DNA from: Pseudomonadota bacterium
GTDB lineage: Bacteria; Pseudomonadota; Alphaproteobacteria; RF32; CAG-239
Direction of reading: 5' to 3'
NCBI GenBank assembly: GCA_918234285.1
Contig: CAKJXZ020000065.1
Location: forward strand, 1 to 38,747
DNA: 38,747 nt
A program made the position numbers and the translations under genes. Each line of letters starts with the position of its first letter. Position 1 is the stretch's first letter. Shown one piece after another: positions 7,130-16,504 of this stretch. The notes beneath the pieces were generated by a model. That model was not told where the DNA came from. It did not search any database and saw only the letters and a program-made list of their open reading frames with translations.

Positions 7130-8014
7130 ATGTGGGCAATATACACAATTATAGCAAGTTTGTTCAGCGCCGCTTATTATTTCGGTAATCAGGGCGTTAA
7201 AGTCAATCCGCACGCGTTTATGTTTTATCGCGGATTTGTTCCGTTTGCGCTTTTATTGCCGTTTATCGGTATGGTGCCGTTTATTCCGGCTTGGCAGTTT
7301 TATGTTTTTTGCATAATACAGGGCTGCATTATTGTTTTTATTGATTATCGTAACTATCGCGCCATGCGGGTTTGGGGTGCGGAGATTATTTCTTCGTTGC
7401 ATCCGCTCAGTATCGGCATAGTATTTTTGCTGTGGTTTACACTTCATCCGCAATATTTGCTGACTTCGGCGCAAAATATGTATTGGCTGGGCGGAACCGT
7501 GGCAGCGCTGTGCGGAGTGATTTATGCCGCTTCATCTTATCGCAACACCCGTCGCAGTCGGCAAGCATTTTATTATACCGTTCCGTATCTTTTCGGTGCG
7601 GCGGCCTGCGATGTTCTCAATAAAGTGTGTATGGGATATGTGTCGGCCGAAATGCTGGTTTACGGCAGTTATTTTTATATTATGATTACCGGCGCGGTGG
7701 TGGCGGCGTTTAATTTGTTGCTGTTTTATCGCCAAAATAAGACGGTAACGCCGCTGTTTTTGGCTCACAGCCTGAAAATTTCCCCGATTATGCTGTTGTT
7801 GATGGGCTCAATGCTGTTCAAAAACTTTGCTATGTTTAATACCTCCAATCCGTCGTATGTTGCGGCTGTACTGTATATGTATATTATTTGGATTATGATT
7901 TTTACACCGCTCTTGAATCGTATCGGCCTAAAATGCCCGCAAACCGGACTGAAACATGGCAAAGCCCTATTGTTGCTCTTGTCGATTGTCGCATTGATTT
8001 TGCTTAATAAATAA
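7130..8014 (+). CDS. DMT/EamA-like ~10-TM membrane transporter
   Basis: About ten hydrophobic helices in two similar halves, 294 aa from ATG 7130; family assigned by topology only. Confidence 0.65.
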   Translation: MWAIYTIIASLFSAAYYFGNQGVKVNPHAFMFYRGFVPFALLLPFIGMVPFIPAWQFYVFCIIQGCIIVFIDYRNYRAMRVWGAEIISSLHPLSIGIVFLLWFTLHPQYLLTSAQNMYWLGGTVAALCGVIYAASSYRNTRRSRQAFYYTVPYLFGAAACDVLNKVCMGYVSAEMLVYGSYFYIMITGAVVAAFNLLLFYRQNKTVTPLFLAHSLKISPIMLLLMGSMLFKNFAMFNTSNPSYVAAVLYMYIIWIMIFTPLLNRIGLKCPQTGLKHGKALLLLLSIVALILLNK

Positions 8015-8083
8015 TGTTTTCTCTTTACTTTTGCAAAAACAACGCCTATTTTTATAGCGTATCAATATATGAAAGGGAAATCA

Positions 8084-8566
8084 ATGAAACCACATGAAAA
8101 GCCGGAAGCAAAACCGGAAATGAAGAAAACTTGCGCTTGCGGTCCGGAATGTGATTGCGGTTGCAACGAAGGAAAAGAATGCCGTTGCGGCTGCGGTTGC
8201 GGCTGTCACTGTGATAAAGGCTGTCGCTGCAAAAGTTGCGGTGCCAAATTAATCGGCTTGCTGATTATATTTTTAGCCGGTATGGGCTTTAACGAACTTT
8301 TGCACGGCTGTTTCGGCCGTTGCCCGGCAAAGAGAATGCAACCGGCTCCGATGATGGCGGCAGCTCATCATAAAATGCCGCACTTCACCGATGGTGCCGG
8401 AACGGTCATTATTATCAATGCCGACGGCAGTACCGATGTTCGGCACGGTGACAAATGTGATTGCCACAAGCACCATAACGGAATGAAACCGCACCATAAA
8501 CATCACGGAATGCCGCATCAGCAAAAAAATGAAACTCCGTTTGCGGAACCGGTAAAAGCCGAGTAG
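8084..8566 (+). CDS. Cys/His-rich single-pass membrane protein (metallothionein-like N-terminus)
   Basis: 14 Cys in ~36 residues, then a TM helix, then a His-rich tail; AAGGG SD before ATG 8084. Confidence 0.75.
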   Translation: MKPHEKPEAKPEMKKTCACGPECDCGCNEGKECRCGCGCGCHCDKGCRCKSCGAKLIGLLIIFLAGMGFNELLHGCFGRCPAKRMQPAPMMAAAHHKMPHFTDGAGTVIIINADGSTDVRHGDKCDCHKHHNGMKPHHKHHGMPHQQKNETPFAEPVKAE

Positions 8567-8585
8567 GCGATTTTAGTTTTGAAAA

Positions 8586-8620
8586 AAGGCCGTATCTTGA
8601 TGATGCGGCTTAATATTTTT
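8586..8620 (+). terminator. terminator after the Cys-rich gene
   Basis: AAGGCCGTATC..GATGCGGCTT imperfect stem flanked by A and T tracts. Confidence 0.55.
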
Positions 8621-8658
8621 TACTTGCATTTCGGCATAAAGGCTTTAATATAGTCTTT

Positions 8659-8807
8659 GTTGGCGAGAGATTGCTGACGGAGACTCACATCTCCTCATCT
8701 ATAATGTAAACTCCTCTATGGGGAGTCGGTTGAATATATTGAATAGACCGGACTGAATAGATGCAGTTGTGAGCTCCCCACCTTAAAGGAATTTAGGGTG
8801 GTTTTTT
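8659..8807 (+). ncRNA. candidate structured ncRNA / attenuator leader upstream of HTH gene
   Basis: Several complementary segments ending in terminator CCACCTTAAA/TTTAGGGTGG-TTTTTT; promoter-like TTGCAT..TAATAT/TATAGT just upstream. Confidence 0.6.
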
Positions 8808-8838
8808 GTTTTAACATAAGCAAAAGGGAGTTCTGAAA

Positions 8839-9069
8839 ATGTTGCATTTGAAATCATGTTATATGGATAAGCAAACAATACGCGAGGTCGGGCAAGAATT
8901 GTGGAAATTGCGCCAAGAACGCAGAATGTATTTGCGCACCGTGGCTCATCAAACAAATTTACCCGAACGAATTATTGAGGGTATGGAAAACGGCAAATTC
9001 ATACAATACACCGCTTTCCGCCGTTTAACCGAATTTTACGGCAAAAAAATGCGGGTGGTGTTTGAATAA
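8839..9069 (+). CDS. small XRE-family helix-turn-helix protein
   Basis: 'VGQELWKLRQERRMYLRTVAHQTNLPERIIEGMENGK' fits the HTH_XRE pattern; GGGAG SD. Confidence 0.8.
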   Translation: MLHLKSCYMDKQTIREVGQELWKLRQERRMYLRTVAHQTNLPERIIEGMENGKFIQYTAFRRLTEFYGKKMRVVFE

Positions 9070-9081
9070 TGTTTGTCGATT

Positions 9082-10158
9082 CTAAATTGAGCTGCTGATA
9101 ATTCCGCCGCCGAGCACCGTATCATCGCGATACAATACCACCGATTGCCCCGGGGCGATGGCCTTTTGCCGATTATAAAATTTAACTTCTATTTTGCCGT
9201 CGACAAGCGGAGTAACCTTAACCGCCGTCGGTTGTTGCGATGAACGGATTTTGGCTTCACATTCCAGCGGTTCACTCAACCCGTCGAGTGCCGACCAACA
9301 CCAGTTTTCGGCAATCAGACCGGAGCGCTCACATTCCTCTTCAAACCCAACGATTACCTCGTTTTTATCTTTATTAAAGCCCAAAACATACAGCGGACGC
9401 TCGGCAGCAATTCCCATTCCGCGGCGTTGCCCGATGGTATAATTCCAAATACCGGTATGTTGCCCCAAAATACGACCGTCGGTGGTCACAAAGTTGCCGA
9501 TTTGCGGCTCGTTTTGCAAAATATCGTTAATGTCACCGGAATAAAAATCCTGACTGTCCGGTTTATCGGCAACCGCCAATCCGTAATTGAGCGCCATTTC
9601 GCGCACTTGTTTTTTGGTGTAGGCACCGAGCGGCATAATAACGCGCGCCAGTTGCTCCTGATTAAGTCGGTACAGAAAATACGATTGGTCTTTTGTATGG
9701 TCGGCGCCGCGCCGGATTTCATAACGGCCGCTTGTTTGATTGAAAACGATTTGCGCATAGTGTCCGGTGGCAAATTTATCAAATTCTATACCTTGTGCCC
9801 GTGCTTCTTCCGGTAACGCGCTGAATTTGATATACGAATTGCACATTACGCAAGGATTCGGAGTGCGACCAGCTTTATATTCCTGTTTGAAATTATCGAG
9901 TACCATCTGTTTATAGCGGGCAGAGCAATCAATGACATAATACGGAATATCGAGTTCGGCACAGATTTTGCGCGCGGTTTCCACATCTTCAGCCTCGTGC
10001 GGCGAAAAGCAGGAATCTGCTTTAATATCGCCGTTGAATTTGGTGTTTTTATCCCATATCGACATGGTGGCGCCGATAATTTCGTGCCCTTGTTCTTTAA
10101 GCATACGGGCCACGGTTGAAGAATCTACCCCGCCGCTCATTCCGATTAATATACGCAT
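9082..10158 (-). CDS. mnmA: tRNA 2-thiouridine(34) synthase
   Basis: 'GMSGGVDSS', 'TPNPCVMCN', 'ATGHYA', 'KDQSYFL', 'YTIGQRRG'. Confidence 0.97.
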   Translation of the reverse strand: MRILIGMSGGVDSSTVARMLKEQGHEIIGATMSIWDKNTKFNGDIKADSCFSPHEAEDVETARKICAELDIPYYVIDCSARYKQMVLDNFKQEYKAGRTPNPCVMCNSYIKFSALPEEARAQGIEFDKFATGHYAQIVFNQTSGRYEIRRGADHTKDQSYFLYRLNQEQLARVIMPLGAYTKKQVREMALNYGLAVADKPDSQDFYSGDINDILQNEPQIGNFVTTDGRILGQHTGIWNYTIGQRRGMGIAAERPLYVLGFNKDKNEVIVGFEEECERSGLIAENWCWSALDGLSEPLECEAKIRSSQQPTAVKVTPLVDGKIEVKFYNRQKAIAPGQSVVLYRDDTVLGGGIISSSI

Positions 10159-10307
10159 TGTTTATCCCTTAAATTAAAAAACTTTGGTCAGTTTAACCGA
10201 AGTTTGCTCAATATGCAAGAGGCGATTTAGCGCCGGGCTGAAAATTCTTGACCTATTGACATAAAGTGCTATACTAAATCCATATAATAAAATTAGGGAG
10301 AAGTAAA

Positions 10308-10592
10308 ATGAGCAATGTGTTACTTAAAGGCGGTAAAGAGCCGCAGGAAGAAAGCGCCGGTACCGCAATGGACCGACTGAGAAACAGAATCAAAGGCGGT
10401 AATGCCGATTTCAAACCTATGGAAAACAACCTCCAGTCATTATCGGGCAGACCTGATGACCCGGCGCATGCTGACGGATTTAAGATGGAGAACAATAGTC
10501 TTGTATCGTTGTCGGGAGCTCCCAACGAAATTAAAGAGGATTGGACCGTACAGGAGCTTATCGACAAGATGAAAGAGACGCAAAATATATAA
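10308..10592 (+). CDS. hypothetical protein with two LRR-like repeats
   Basis: GGGAG SD; promoter TTGACC-N16-TATACT; repeats MENNLQSLSGRP and MENNSLVSLSGAP. Confidence 0.7.
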   Translation: MSNVLLKGGKEPQEESAGTAMDRLRNRIKGGNADFKPMENNLQSLSGRPDDPAHADGFKMENNSLVSLSGAPNEIKEDWTVQELIDKMKETQNI

Positions 10593-10612
10593 AATTCGAC
10601 GTCATTATAAAT

Positions 10613-10649
10613 AAAAAAAGCACCGTATTTTGTCTGCGGTGCTTTCTTT
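10613..10649. terminator. bidirectional terminator
   Basis: AAAGCACCG..CGGTGCTTT between convergent genes. Confidence 0.7.
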
Positions 10650-10665
10650 ATACGACTTTTTCCCC

Positions 10666-11142
10666 CTAAAACGGAATATCGTCATCCAAATCCGACGGAG
10701 TGGTGGCACTGCTGTTATCCCAACCGGAATTTCCGGCCGGAGCCGCAAACACATCGCCGGCATCACCCATCGGCATTCCGTCACCGCTACCGCGGCCGTC
10801 CAACATAATCATGGTGCCGCCGAAACGCTGCAAAACAACTTCGGTAGTGTATCTGTCTTGACCGTTATTATCCTTCCATGTTCTGGTTTGCAACTGTCCT
10901 TCCAGATAAACTTTGGAACCTTTGCGCAGATATCTTTCGGCCGTATCCGCCAACTGCTTATTAAAAATAACCACGCGATGCCATTCGGTGCGCTCCTTGC
11001 GTTCGCCGGTTGCTTTATCGTTCCAGGTATCGGAAGTTGCAACGCGCAAATTTACCACTTTATCGCCGGAAGTCATGGTGCTCACTGTCGGATCAGCGCC
11101 CAAATTACCGACCAAAATTACTTTATTTATGCTCATAGCCAT
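10666..11142 (-). CDS. ssb: single-stranded DNA-binding protein
   Basis: '[13 protein letters not shown]', 'TEWHRVV', C-terminal 'DLDDDIPF'. Confidence 0.98.
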   Translation of the reverse strand: MAMSINKVILVGNLGADPTVSTMTSGDKVVNLRVATSDTWNDKATGERKERTEWHRVVIFNKQLADTAERYLRKGSKVYLEGQLQTRTWKDNNGQDRYTTEVVLQRFGGTMIMLDGRGSGDGMPMGDAGDVFAAPAGNSGWDNSSATTPSDLDDDIPF

Positions 11143-11228
11143 TGTTTTTTTCCTCTAATATCAAAACTTATCTCAAAATAGCGTGTTTTTGCAAAAGTGC
11201 AACATCAAAAAAGTATGCTCCACATTTT

Positions 11229-13415
11229 TTATGCGGCATTTGCCGTCGGCGAACACAGCTCCTCCATAACTTCTTTCTTCAAGGTAACATTATCCGACTT
11301 TCCGGTTGCAAACACCGGCAGTTTTTCGTGATACAAAATTACCCGTGGCAAATACAGTTCAGACATTCCGTTAGCCTTGACGTATTCATGCAACATTGCC
11401 GAAGTCACCGACTTGTTGTTGGTAACCAATACGATTTGCTCGCCCTTGCTCTCGTGCGGAATGGCAACTACGCCGTAATTATATTCGCCGAGCATTTCTT
11501 TGGTGGCGTCGATTACCATGTCCTGAACCGCGTTCAAAGATACCATTTCGCCACCGATTTTAGCAAAGCGTTTAATACGATCCTTAATGGTAAAGAAGCC
11601 GATTTCATCAATATCCACCACATCGCCGGTGTGATACCAACCATTTTGCGGCGGCACCAACACCCCCGGTTCACTCGGCATATAATAACCGAGCATCACG
11701 TTCGGGCCTTTTACGCACAACTCGCCGCCGGTGGCAATACCATCAACCGGCTCAATTTTATATTGCATGCCCGGCAACAACTTGCCGATGGAGCCGAATT
11801 TGTTGAAAATACCGTTATTAGCAGTCATAACCGGCGAGCATTCGGTTGAGCCGTAAGCCTCCATCATCCGAATACCGGAGTGCTCCATCCACATACTGCG
11901 TGTATCCGGCTTGGCTGCTTCGCCGCCCGAATACATCAAGCGTACGGTGTGGAAATCATACGGGTGTGCAATTTTAGCATAGCCGCGCAAGAACGTATCC
12001 GTACCGATCATCAATGTTGCTCCGAGTTCATACACCAACTCAGCCACAACACGATAGTGCAGAGGCGACGGATAAAGGAACAATTTGGCACCGTTGAACA
12101 GCGGGAACAGCATACCCACCATCAAACCGAAGCTGTGGAACATCGGCAACGCGTTGAACAACAAATCTTTATAAGTCACGGTCTGAATAGCCGCCAACTG
12201 ATTAACGTTGGCAATCAAATTGGCATGGCTCAAAATAACCGCCTTCGGTGCGCCTTCCGAGCCGGAAGTAAACACGATAACCGCCTTTTTGTTGCCGCCT
12301 TTTTTGTGCGGAACGCGTTTGATTTTATAGCTTAAAAAGGCGCTGATTTTGGTCAGAAGTGACATTTTCTTGGCCAAATCTTCAAGATAAACGATTTTAA
12401 CTCCGGCCTTTTCCAATTCTTCAATCGCCGGCTCCAACTTACCTTTTATAATAAAGGTTTTGGATGTAATAACCGATTTAACCAGTGCGGTTTTGCACAT
12501 CGAAACCATATTTTTGGCACCGACCGAGAAGTTAATCATTACCGGGGTGCGTTCAAATGCCGACAAACCGAAGAAGGTGCATACCGTGGCGATGGCATTC
12601 GGCAGCAATACACCGACATTTTCATCATGTCCGGTGAATTTTCTGAAGGTACGACCGAGCGCAAACGATGCTACGATAATATCTTTAAACGATTTTTGTT
12701 TGCGATTGATGTCTTCAATAATGCGCGGACGCTTGGAAAACCAACCGGTTTTGGAATAGACTTTGGCGGTTTTCATCAGCTGTGCAAACAGGGAAATATC
12801 TTTATTGTAATTAATTTCAAAGCACATTTCACGCAAAATCATATAAACTTCGTTGCTGATGTGGTCGCGTTGACGGCGCAATTCGTCTTTAAGTTTGAAG
12901 CTGCGCGGCTTACCGACGTAAATCCGCATTTTCGGCAGCGGTCGATGCGGCAAATGCCCCTTCGTTTTGGAAAAATAACCGTATTGCGGGCCGTCAATCC
13001 ATACCGGTATCAGCGGCGCCTTTGATTTATCCGCCACCAGGCCAGGCGCTTCGTAAATCTTCATCAAACCGCCGTCTTCGGTGATGCGTCCCTCGGCAAA
13101 AATCACCACCAGACGACCTTCGTCAACCTTGGCAATTAATTTTTTGATATCGCTCGGCTCAATCGGATTAAACGGAATAATATCGGCCTTGCCCATCAAA
13201 AAGCGGATCCAGTGACGGCGATATAAATGCCCGTTGAGTGCAAACACCGGATTCCCCGGTAAAAATGCGAATAACATAATAGGGTCTAAATAAGAAACGT
13301 GATTAACCACATAAACGCCCTTAGTCGGCAATTTGCGCACATCAAAGTTGAAAATACACTTGGTCTTCATCAACTTTAACATAAACTTCAGGCATAATCT
13401 TACAAATTCTTTCAC
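11229..13415 (-). CDS. aas: bifunctional 2-acylglycerophosphoethanolamine acyltransferase / acyl-ACP synthetase
   Basis: PlsC motifs 'NHVSYLD' and 'FAEGRIT' plus AMP-binding 'FTSGSEGAPKAV', 'YGSTE', 'WYHTGD'; no MFS domain. Confidence 0.9.
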   Translation of the reverse strand: MKEFVRLCLKFMLKLMKTKCIFNFDVRKLPTKGVYVVNHVSYLDPIMLFAFLPGNPVFALNGHLYRRHWIRFLMGKADIIPFNPIEPSDIKKLIAKVDEGRLVVIFAEGRITEDGGLMKIYEAPGLVADKSKAPLIPVWIDGPQYGYFSKTKGHLPHRPLPKMRIYVGKPRSFKLKDELRRQRDHISNEVYMILREMCFEINYNKDISLFAQLMKTAKVYSKTGWFSKRPRIIEDINRKQKSFKDIIVASFALGRTFRKFTGHDENVGVLLPNAIATVCTFFGLSAFERTPVMINFSVGAKNMVSMCKTALVKSVITSKTFIIKGKLEPAIEELEKAGVKIVYLEDLAKKMSLLTKISAFLSYKIKRVPHKKGGNKKAVIVFTSGSEGAPKAVILSHANLIANVNQLAAIQTVTYKDLLFNALPMFHSFGLMVGMLFPLFNGAKLFLYPSPLHYRVVAELVYELGATLMIGTDTFLRGYAKIAHPYDFHTVRLMYSGGEAAKPDTRSMWMEHSGIRMMEAYGSTECSPVMTANNGIFNKFGSIGKLLPGMQYKIEPVDGIATGGELCVKGPNVMLGYYMPSEPGVLVPPQNGWYHTGDVVDIDEIGFFTIKDRIKRFAKIGGEMVSLNAVQDMVIDATKEMLGEYNYGVVAIPHESKGEQIVLVTNNKSVTSAMLHEYVKANGMSELYLPRVILYHEKLPVFATGKSDNVTLKKEVMEELCSPTANAA

Positions 13416-13677
13416 GGGTAGTCCCTTTCCGTAGTTACTTCAAAGATACTATGTTTATAGCACAGTCCGCGTTTTTGTAAAGCAAAAGACTGCAATAATC
13501 AACAGCTCATCAATATATAAATAAGTACGGATTTTTCAAAAAGTTATCGGCAAAAGCCGTTTCCTGTTTATAAGATTACAAAAAAAACTTGCCAAAACAA
13601 AAAAAGTATGGTTTATGGTTTCCTTGAAGAAACTACATAAAAAGTTTCCGTCGTTTCAACAACATAATAGGACTATA

Positions 13678-14973
13678 ATGAAAAAAGTTTTGACTTTAAC
13701 GACGGCATTGAGCGCAATTTTGTTTTCTGCAAATGCCATGGCCGCCGGTTTTCACTTGAGAGAGCAGTCTGCTGCGGCTCAAGGTAATGCATTTGCCGGC
13801 GCAACAGCCGGTGCGGAAGATAACTCGTACACATACTATAACGTGGCCGGATTAACCCGTCACAAGGGTACGCAGTTTACAATGGGCGCCACTTATATTG
13901 CTCCGAAAGCCACTGCCAAAAGAGTGCAGGGCCAAAATGGTGAACGCGACGCTGATGTGGAAAACGTTGTACACGCGGCAGTTTCTCCGAATTTTACGAT
14001 TTCACACCAAATAAATGATAAGTGGTTTATCGGTTTTGCCGGCAACAGCCCGTTCGGTATGATTACAAAATATGACCACGATTGGGTTGGCGGTGATCAC
14101 GGTATCACTTCCGATGTTAAAACAGCCACCTTTACACCGATGACGGCTTATAAAGTAACGGACGGTTTATCGCTCGGTGCCGGTGTACAATTCCAATATC
14201 TTTGGGCGCACTTAACCAGCAGCCATTCCGCCAGCAGAACCGGTATTGTTTCCGAAGATGGACACAGCTGGGCTGCCGGTTATCAACTCGGCGCATTGTA
14301 TGAGTTTAATCAAAACACTCGTGTCGGCATGGGATATCGCAGCGAGATTAAACACAAAATCAAGGGCAAGATGAAGTCTTCCGGCAGTGAATTTTCTTCT
14401 TCCGAAAATCCGGATGTGGCAGGTCAAGGCGCATTTGTTGATAATTTGCTTAATCAGAGTATTAAGGTTGATTTGGATACGCCTGCTATGCTTTCATTCG
14501 GTGCATATCACGATATTAACGAGCGCTGGGCAATTATGGCAGAGTATCAGCGCGTGTTCTGGAGCTCGTTTAAAGATTTGACTTTCAGAAGCAGAAGCGG
14601 CAACAATAAGCCGGGGTATGATTATATTGCCAGAGTTAATGAAAATTGGCGTGATACCAACTTTTATGCCATCGGTACCAGCATTAAACTCGATGAACAA
14701 TGGAAGTTGCGTTTGGGCTTGGCTTATGACCAAAGCGCGGTTAAGCTGGAACATCGTACCCCGCGTATTCCGGATTCCGATCGTTTTTGGATGACCGCCG
14801 GTTTGGGATACCAGTATAACGAACACTTAAGCTTTAATTTGGCATATACCTATATTAATGCTCGCAAGGCTCAGCTTGATACAAGCTTAACCGGAAATGA
14901 CGGTTATAACGTCAAGGCCGAATATCATAACTCGATTCAGGCATTTGCCTTCGGTGTATCGTATAACTTCTAA
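13678..14973 (+). CDS. fadL: OmpP1/FadL family outer-membrane long-chain fatty-acid transporter
   Basis: Signal peptide then 'AGFHLREQSAAAQGNAFAG', 'RTPRIPDSDRFW', C-terminal 'VSYNF'. Confidence 0.92.
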   Translation: MKKVLTLTTALSAILFSANAMAAGFHLREQSAAAQGNAFAGATAGAEDNSYTYYNVAGLTRHKGTQFTMGATYIAPKATAKRVQGQNGERDADVENVVHAAVSPNFTISHQINDKWFIGFAGNSPFGMITKYDHDWVGGDHGITSDVKTATFTPMTAYKVTDGLSLGAGVQFQYLWAHLTSSHSASRTGIVSEDGHSWAAGYQLGALYEFNQNTRVGMGYRSEIKHKIKGKMKSSGSEFSSSENPDVAGQGAFVDNLLNQSIKVDLDTPAMLSFGAYHDINERWAIMAEYQRVFWSSFKDLTFRSRSGNNKPGYDYIARVNENWRDTNFYAIGTSIKLDEQWKLRLGLAYDQSAVKLEHRTPRIPDSDRFWMTAGLGYQYNEHLSFNLAYTYINARKAQLDTSLTGNDGYNVKAEYHNSIQAFAFGVSYNF

Positions 14974-14993
14974 GTTTTTTAACAAGTTTATGC

Positions 14994-15021
14994 AGAGCGC
15001 TCGCAATCGGGCGCTCTTTTA
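14994..15021. terminator. terminator after fadL
   Basis: AGAGCGCTCG-CAAT-CGGGCGCTCT followed by TTT. Confidence 0.75.
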
Positions 15022-15029
15022 TTTGGTAT

Positions 15030-16358
15030 TTATTGCTTCGCACAATTCTTTTTGTAATAATCTTGGCACCACTTATTATCGGCATTACACCGCGGTTTTT
15101 TCTCCAGATTATCGCAAAATATATTATGTGAAATCACACCGATAATATTTCCGTCTTTATCAACGGCCATACCTTCATCGTTAAGTTTGCCGATGGCACT
15201 GTGGTCCTCATCATAAACCGTACCATCGCCGTCGGCGGTACCGACCCTAACATTCCAATCCGCAAAAACGAATGCTTCAACACCGGCGTCGGTATGGGTA
15301 CCGGTAATAATACCGCAAAGATCACACTCACTACTTGCCGTTGCAGGAAAATCAGCGGTTGTTTTTCTGGGTACGATTACCTTACCGCTTAAGTCAATAA
15401 CCCCGTTGTTTTTGTCGGTCCGTATAAATTTAGAGCGTTTTTTGTTATAACAATTTCGAATATTGTTTTTTGGTGTATCAACAATCTGACCGACGTATTC
15501 GACGGGCGTTTCAAATTCCCAATCGCATTTAAAATCTTCATTTATAATCACCCGTCCGGCGGAATCAAAATGAGCGCATCCGTTGATTCTGTTGCCGATA
15601 ATCTCGCCTATCAACATTTCCTCATCAGTCCATTTGATTTTGTGAATAACGGTTTTGTTATTCCAATTTTTTTCTACATAGCCGACGACATATCCGTCCG
15701 CATCATAAACAAAATCTTCTTCGGCAAACGGGGTATCGTAGAAATACAGACATTGCTTAATTCCGTCATCTTGTTTGGTAATAACAGATTCGTAGGCCTT
15801 GCCTTCGGCTACTTGTTTGCGCCAATTTTCATACCATTTGCGATTTTTCAAGAGGCAACTTTTAACGGTTGATAATTGATGTTGTTCGGTTTGTTGTAAT
15901 AAACAGTCATAATTGTAATGTTTTTCTTTATCGTAACAAACATCCGGGTTGAAACAATAGGAAAGAATACAATCATTTTTGCAAGATTTCGAACTTTCAT
16001 TCGGCCCGACTACTTGAGAACCGTTACACATATAAGCCGTTTCGCCGGCTACGTCGGTATAACTGATATAACAATCGGAGTGTTCTTTGCTGTATGCTGT
16101 GATTTCTTGAGGGGCAATAAAATGACCTTTGTCATCGATAATATTATCAATATCATCTTGCTTCTTAATTACATCATTATCCTCATCCGTCAGCAGCGGA
16201 TGATTATTGTCGTTGCACATATTATGCACTGCGCCGCTTTCATCAACATAGCCGACGACTTCATCTGATTTGTTAGCGATGAAACTGTTTTTATACGCAT
16301 TTTGCGCCGCATAAGCTATAAAAACAATAACCGCCGCAATAAGTAATTTTTTAATCAT
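15030..16358 (-). CDS. hypothetical Cys-rich exported protein with D..G.v+G repeats
   Basis: N-terminal signal/anchor, about 19 Cys, repeated 'VVGYVDESG', 'DADGYVVGYV', 'DKDGNIIGVI'; AGGAG SD. Confidence 0.75.
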   Translation of the reverse strand: MIKKLLIAAVIVFIAYAAQNAYKNSFIANKSDEVVGYVDESGAVHNMCNDNNHPLLTDEDNDVIKKQDDIDNIIDDKGHFIAPQEITAYSKEHSDCYISYTDVAGETAYMCNGSQVVGPNESSKSCKNDCILSYCFNPDVCYDKEKHYNYDCLLQQTEQHQLSTVKSCLLKNRKWYENWRKQVAEGKAYESVITKQDDGIKQCLYFYDTPFAEEDFVYDADGYVVGYVEKNWNNKTVIHKIKWTDEEMLIGEIIGNRINGCAHFDSAGRVIINEDFKCDWEFETPVEYVGQIVDTPKNNIRNCYNKKRSKFIRTDKNNGVIDLSGKVIVPRKTTADFPATASSECDLCGIITGTHTDAGVEAFVFADWNVRVGTADGDGTVYDEDHSAIGKLNDEGMAVDKDGNIIGVISHNIFCDNLEKKPRCNADNKWCQDYYKKNCAKQ

Positions 16359-16504
16359 AAAAATATCTCCTATTTATTTTGTTATTATCACAATTAGCAA
16401 AATTCGCGGCAAAAGGCAAGCAAAATCTATTTTGCCGAAGTTATATAACTTTTAAGATTTGCCGATTATAATCAACGCAAAATCGGGTTGGGAGGAACAA
16501 AAAT

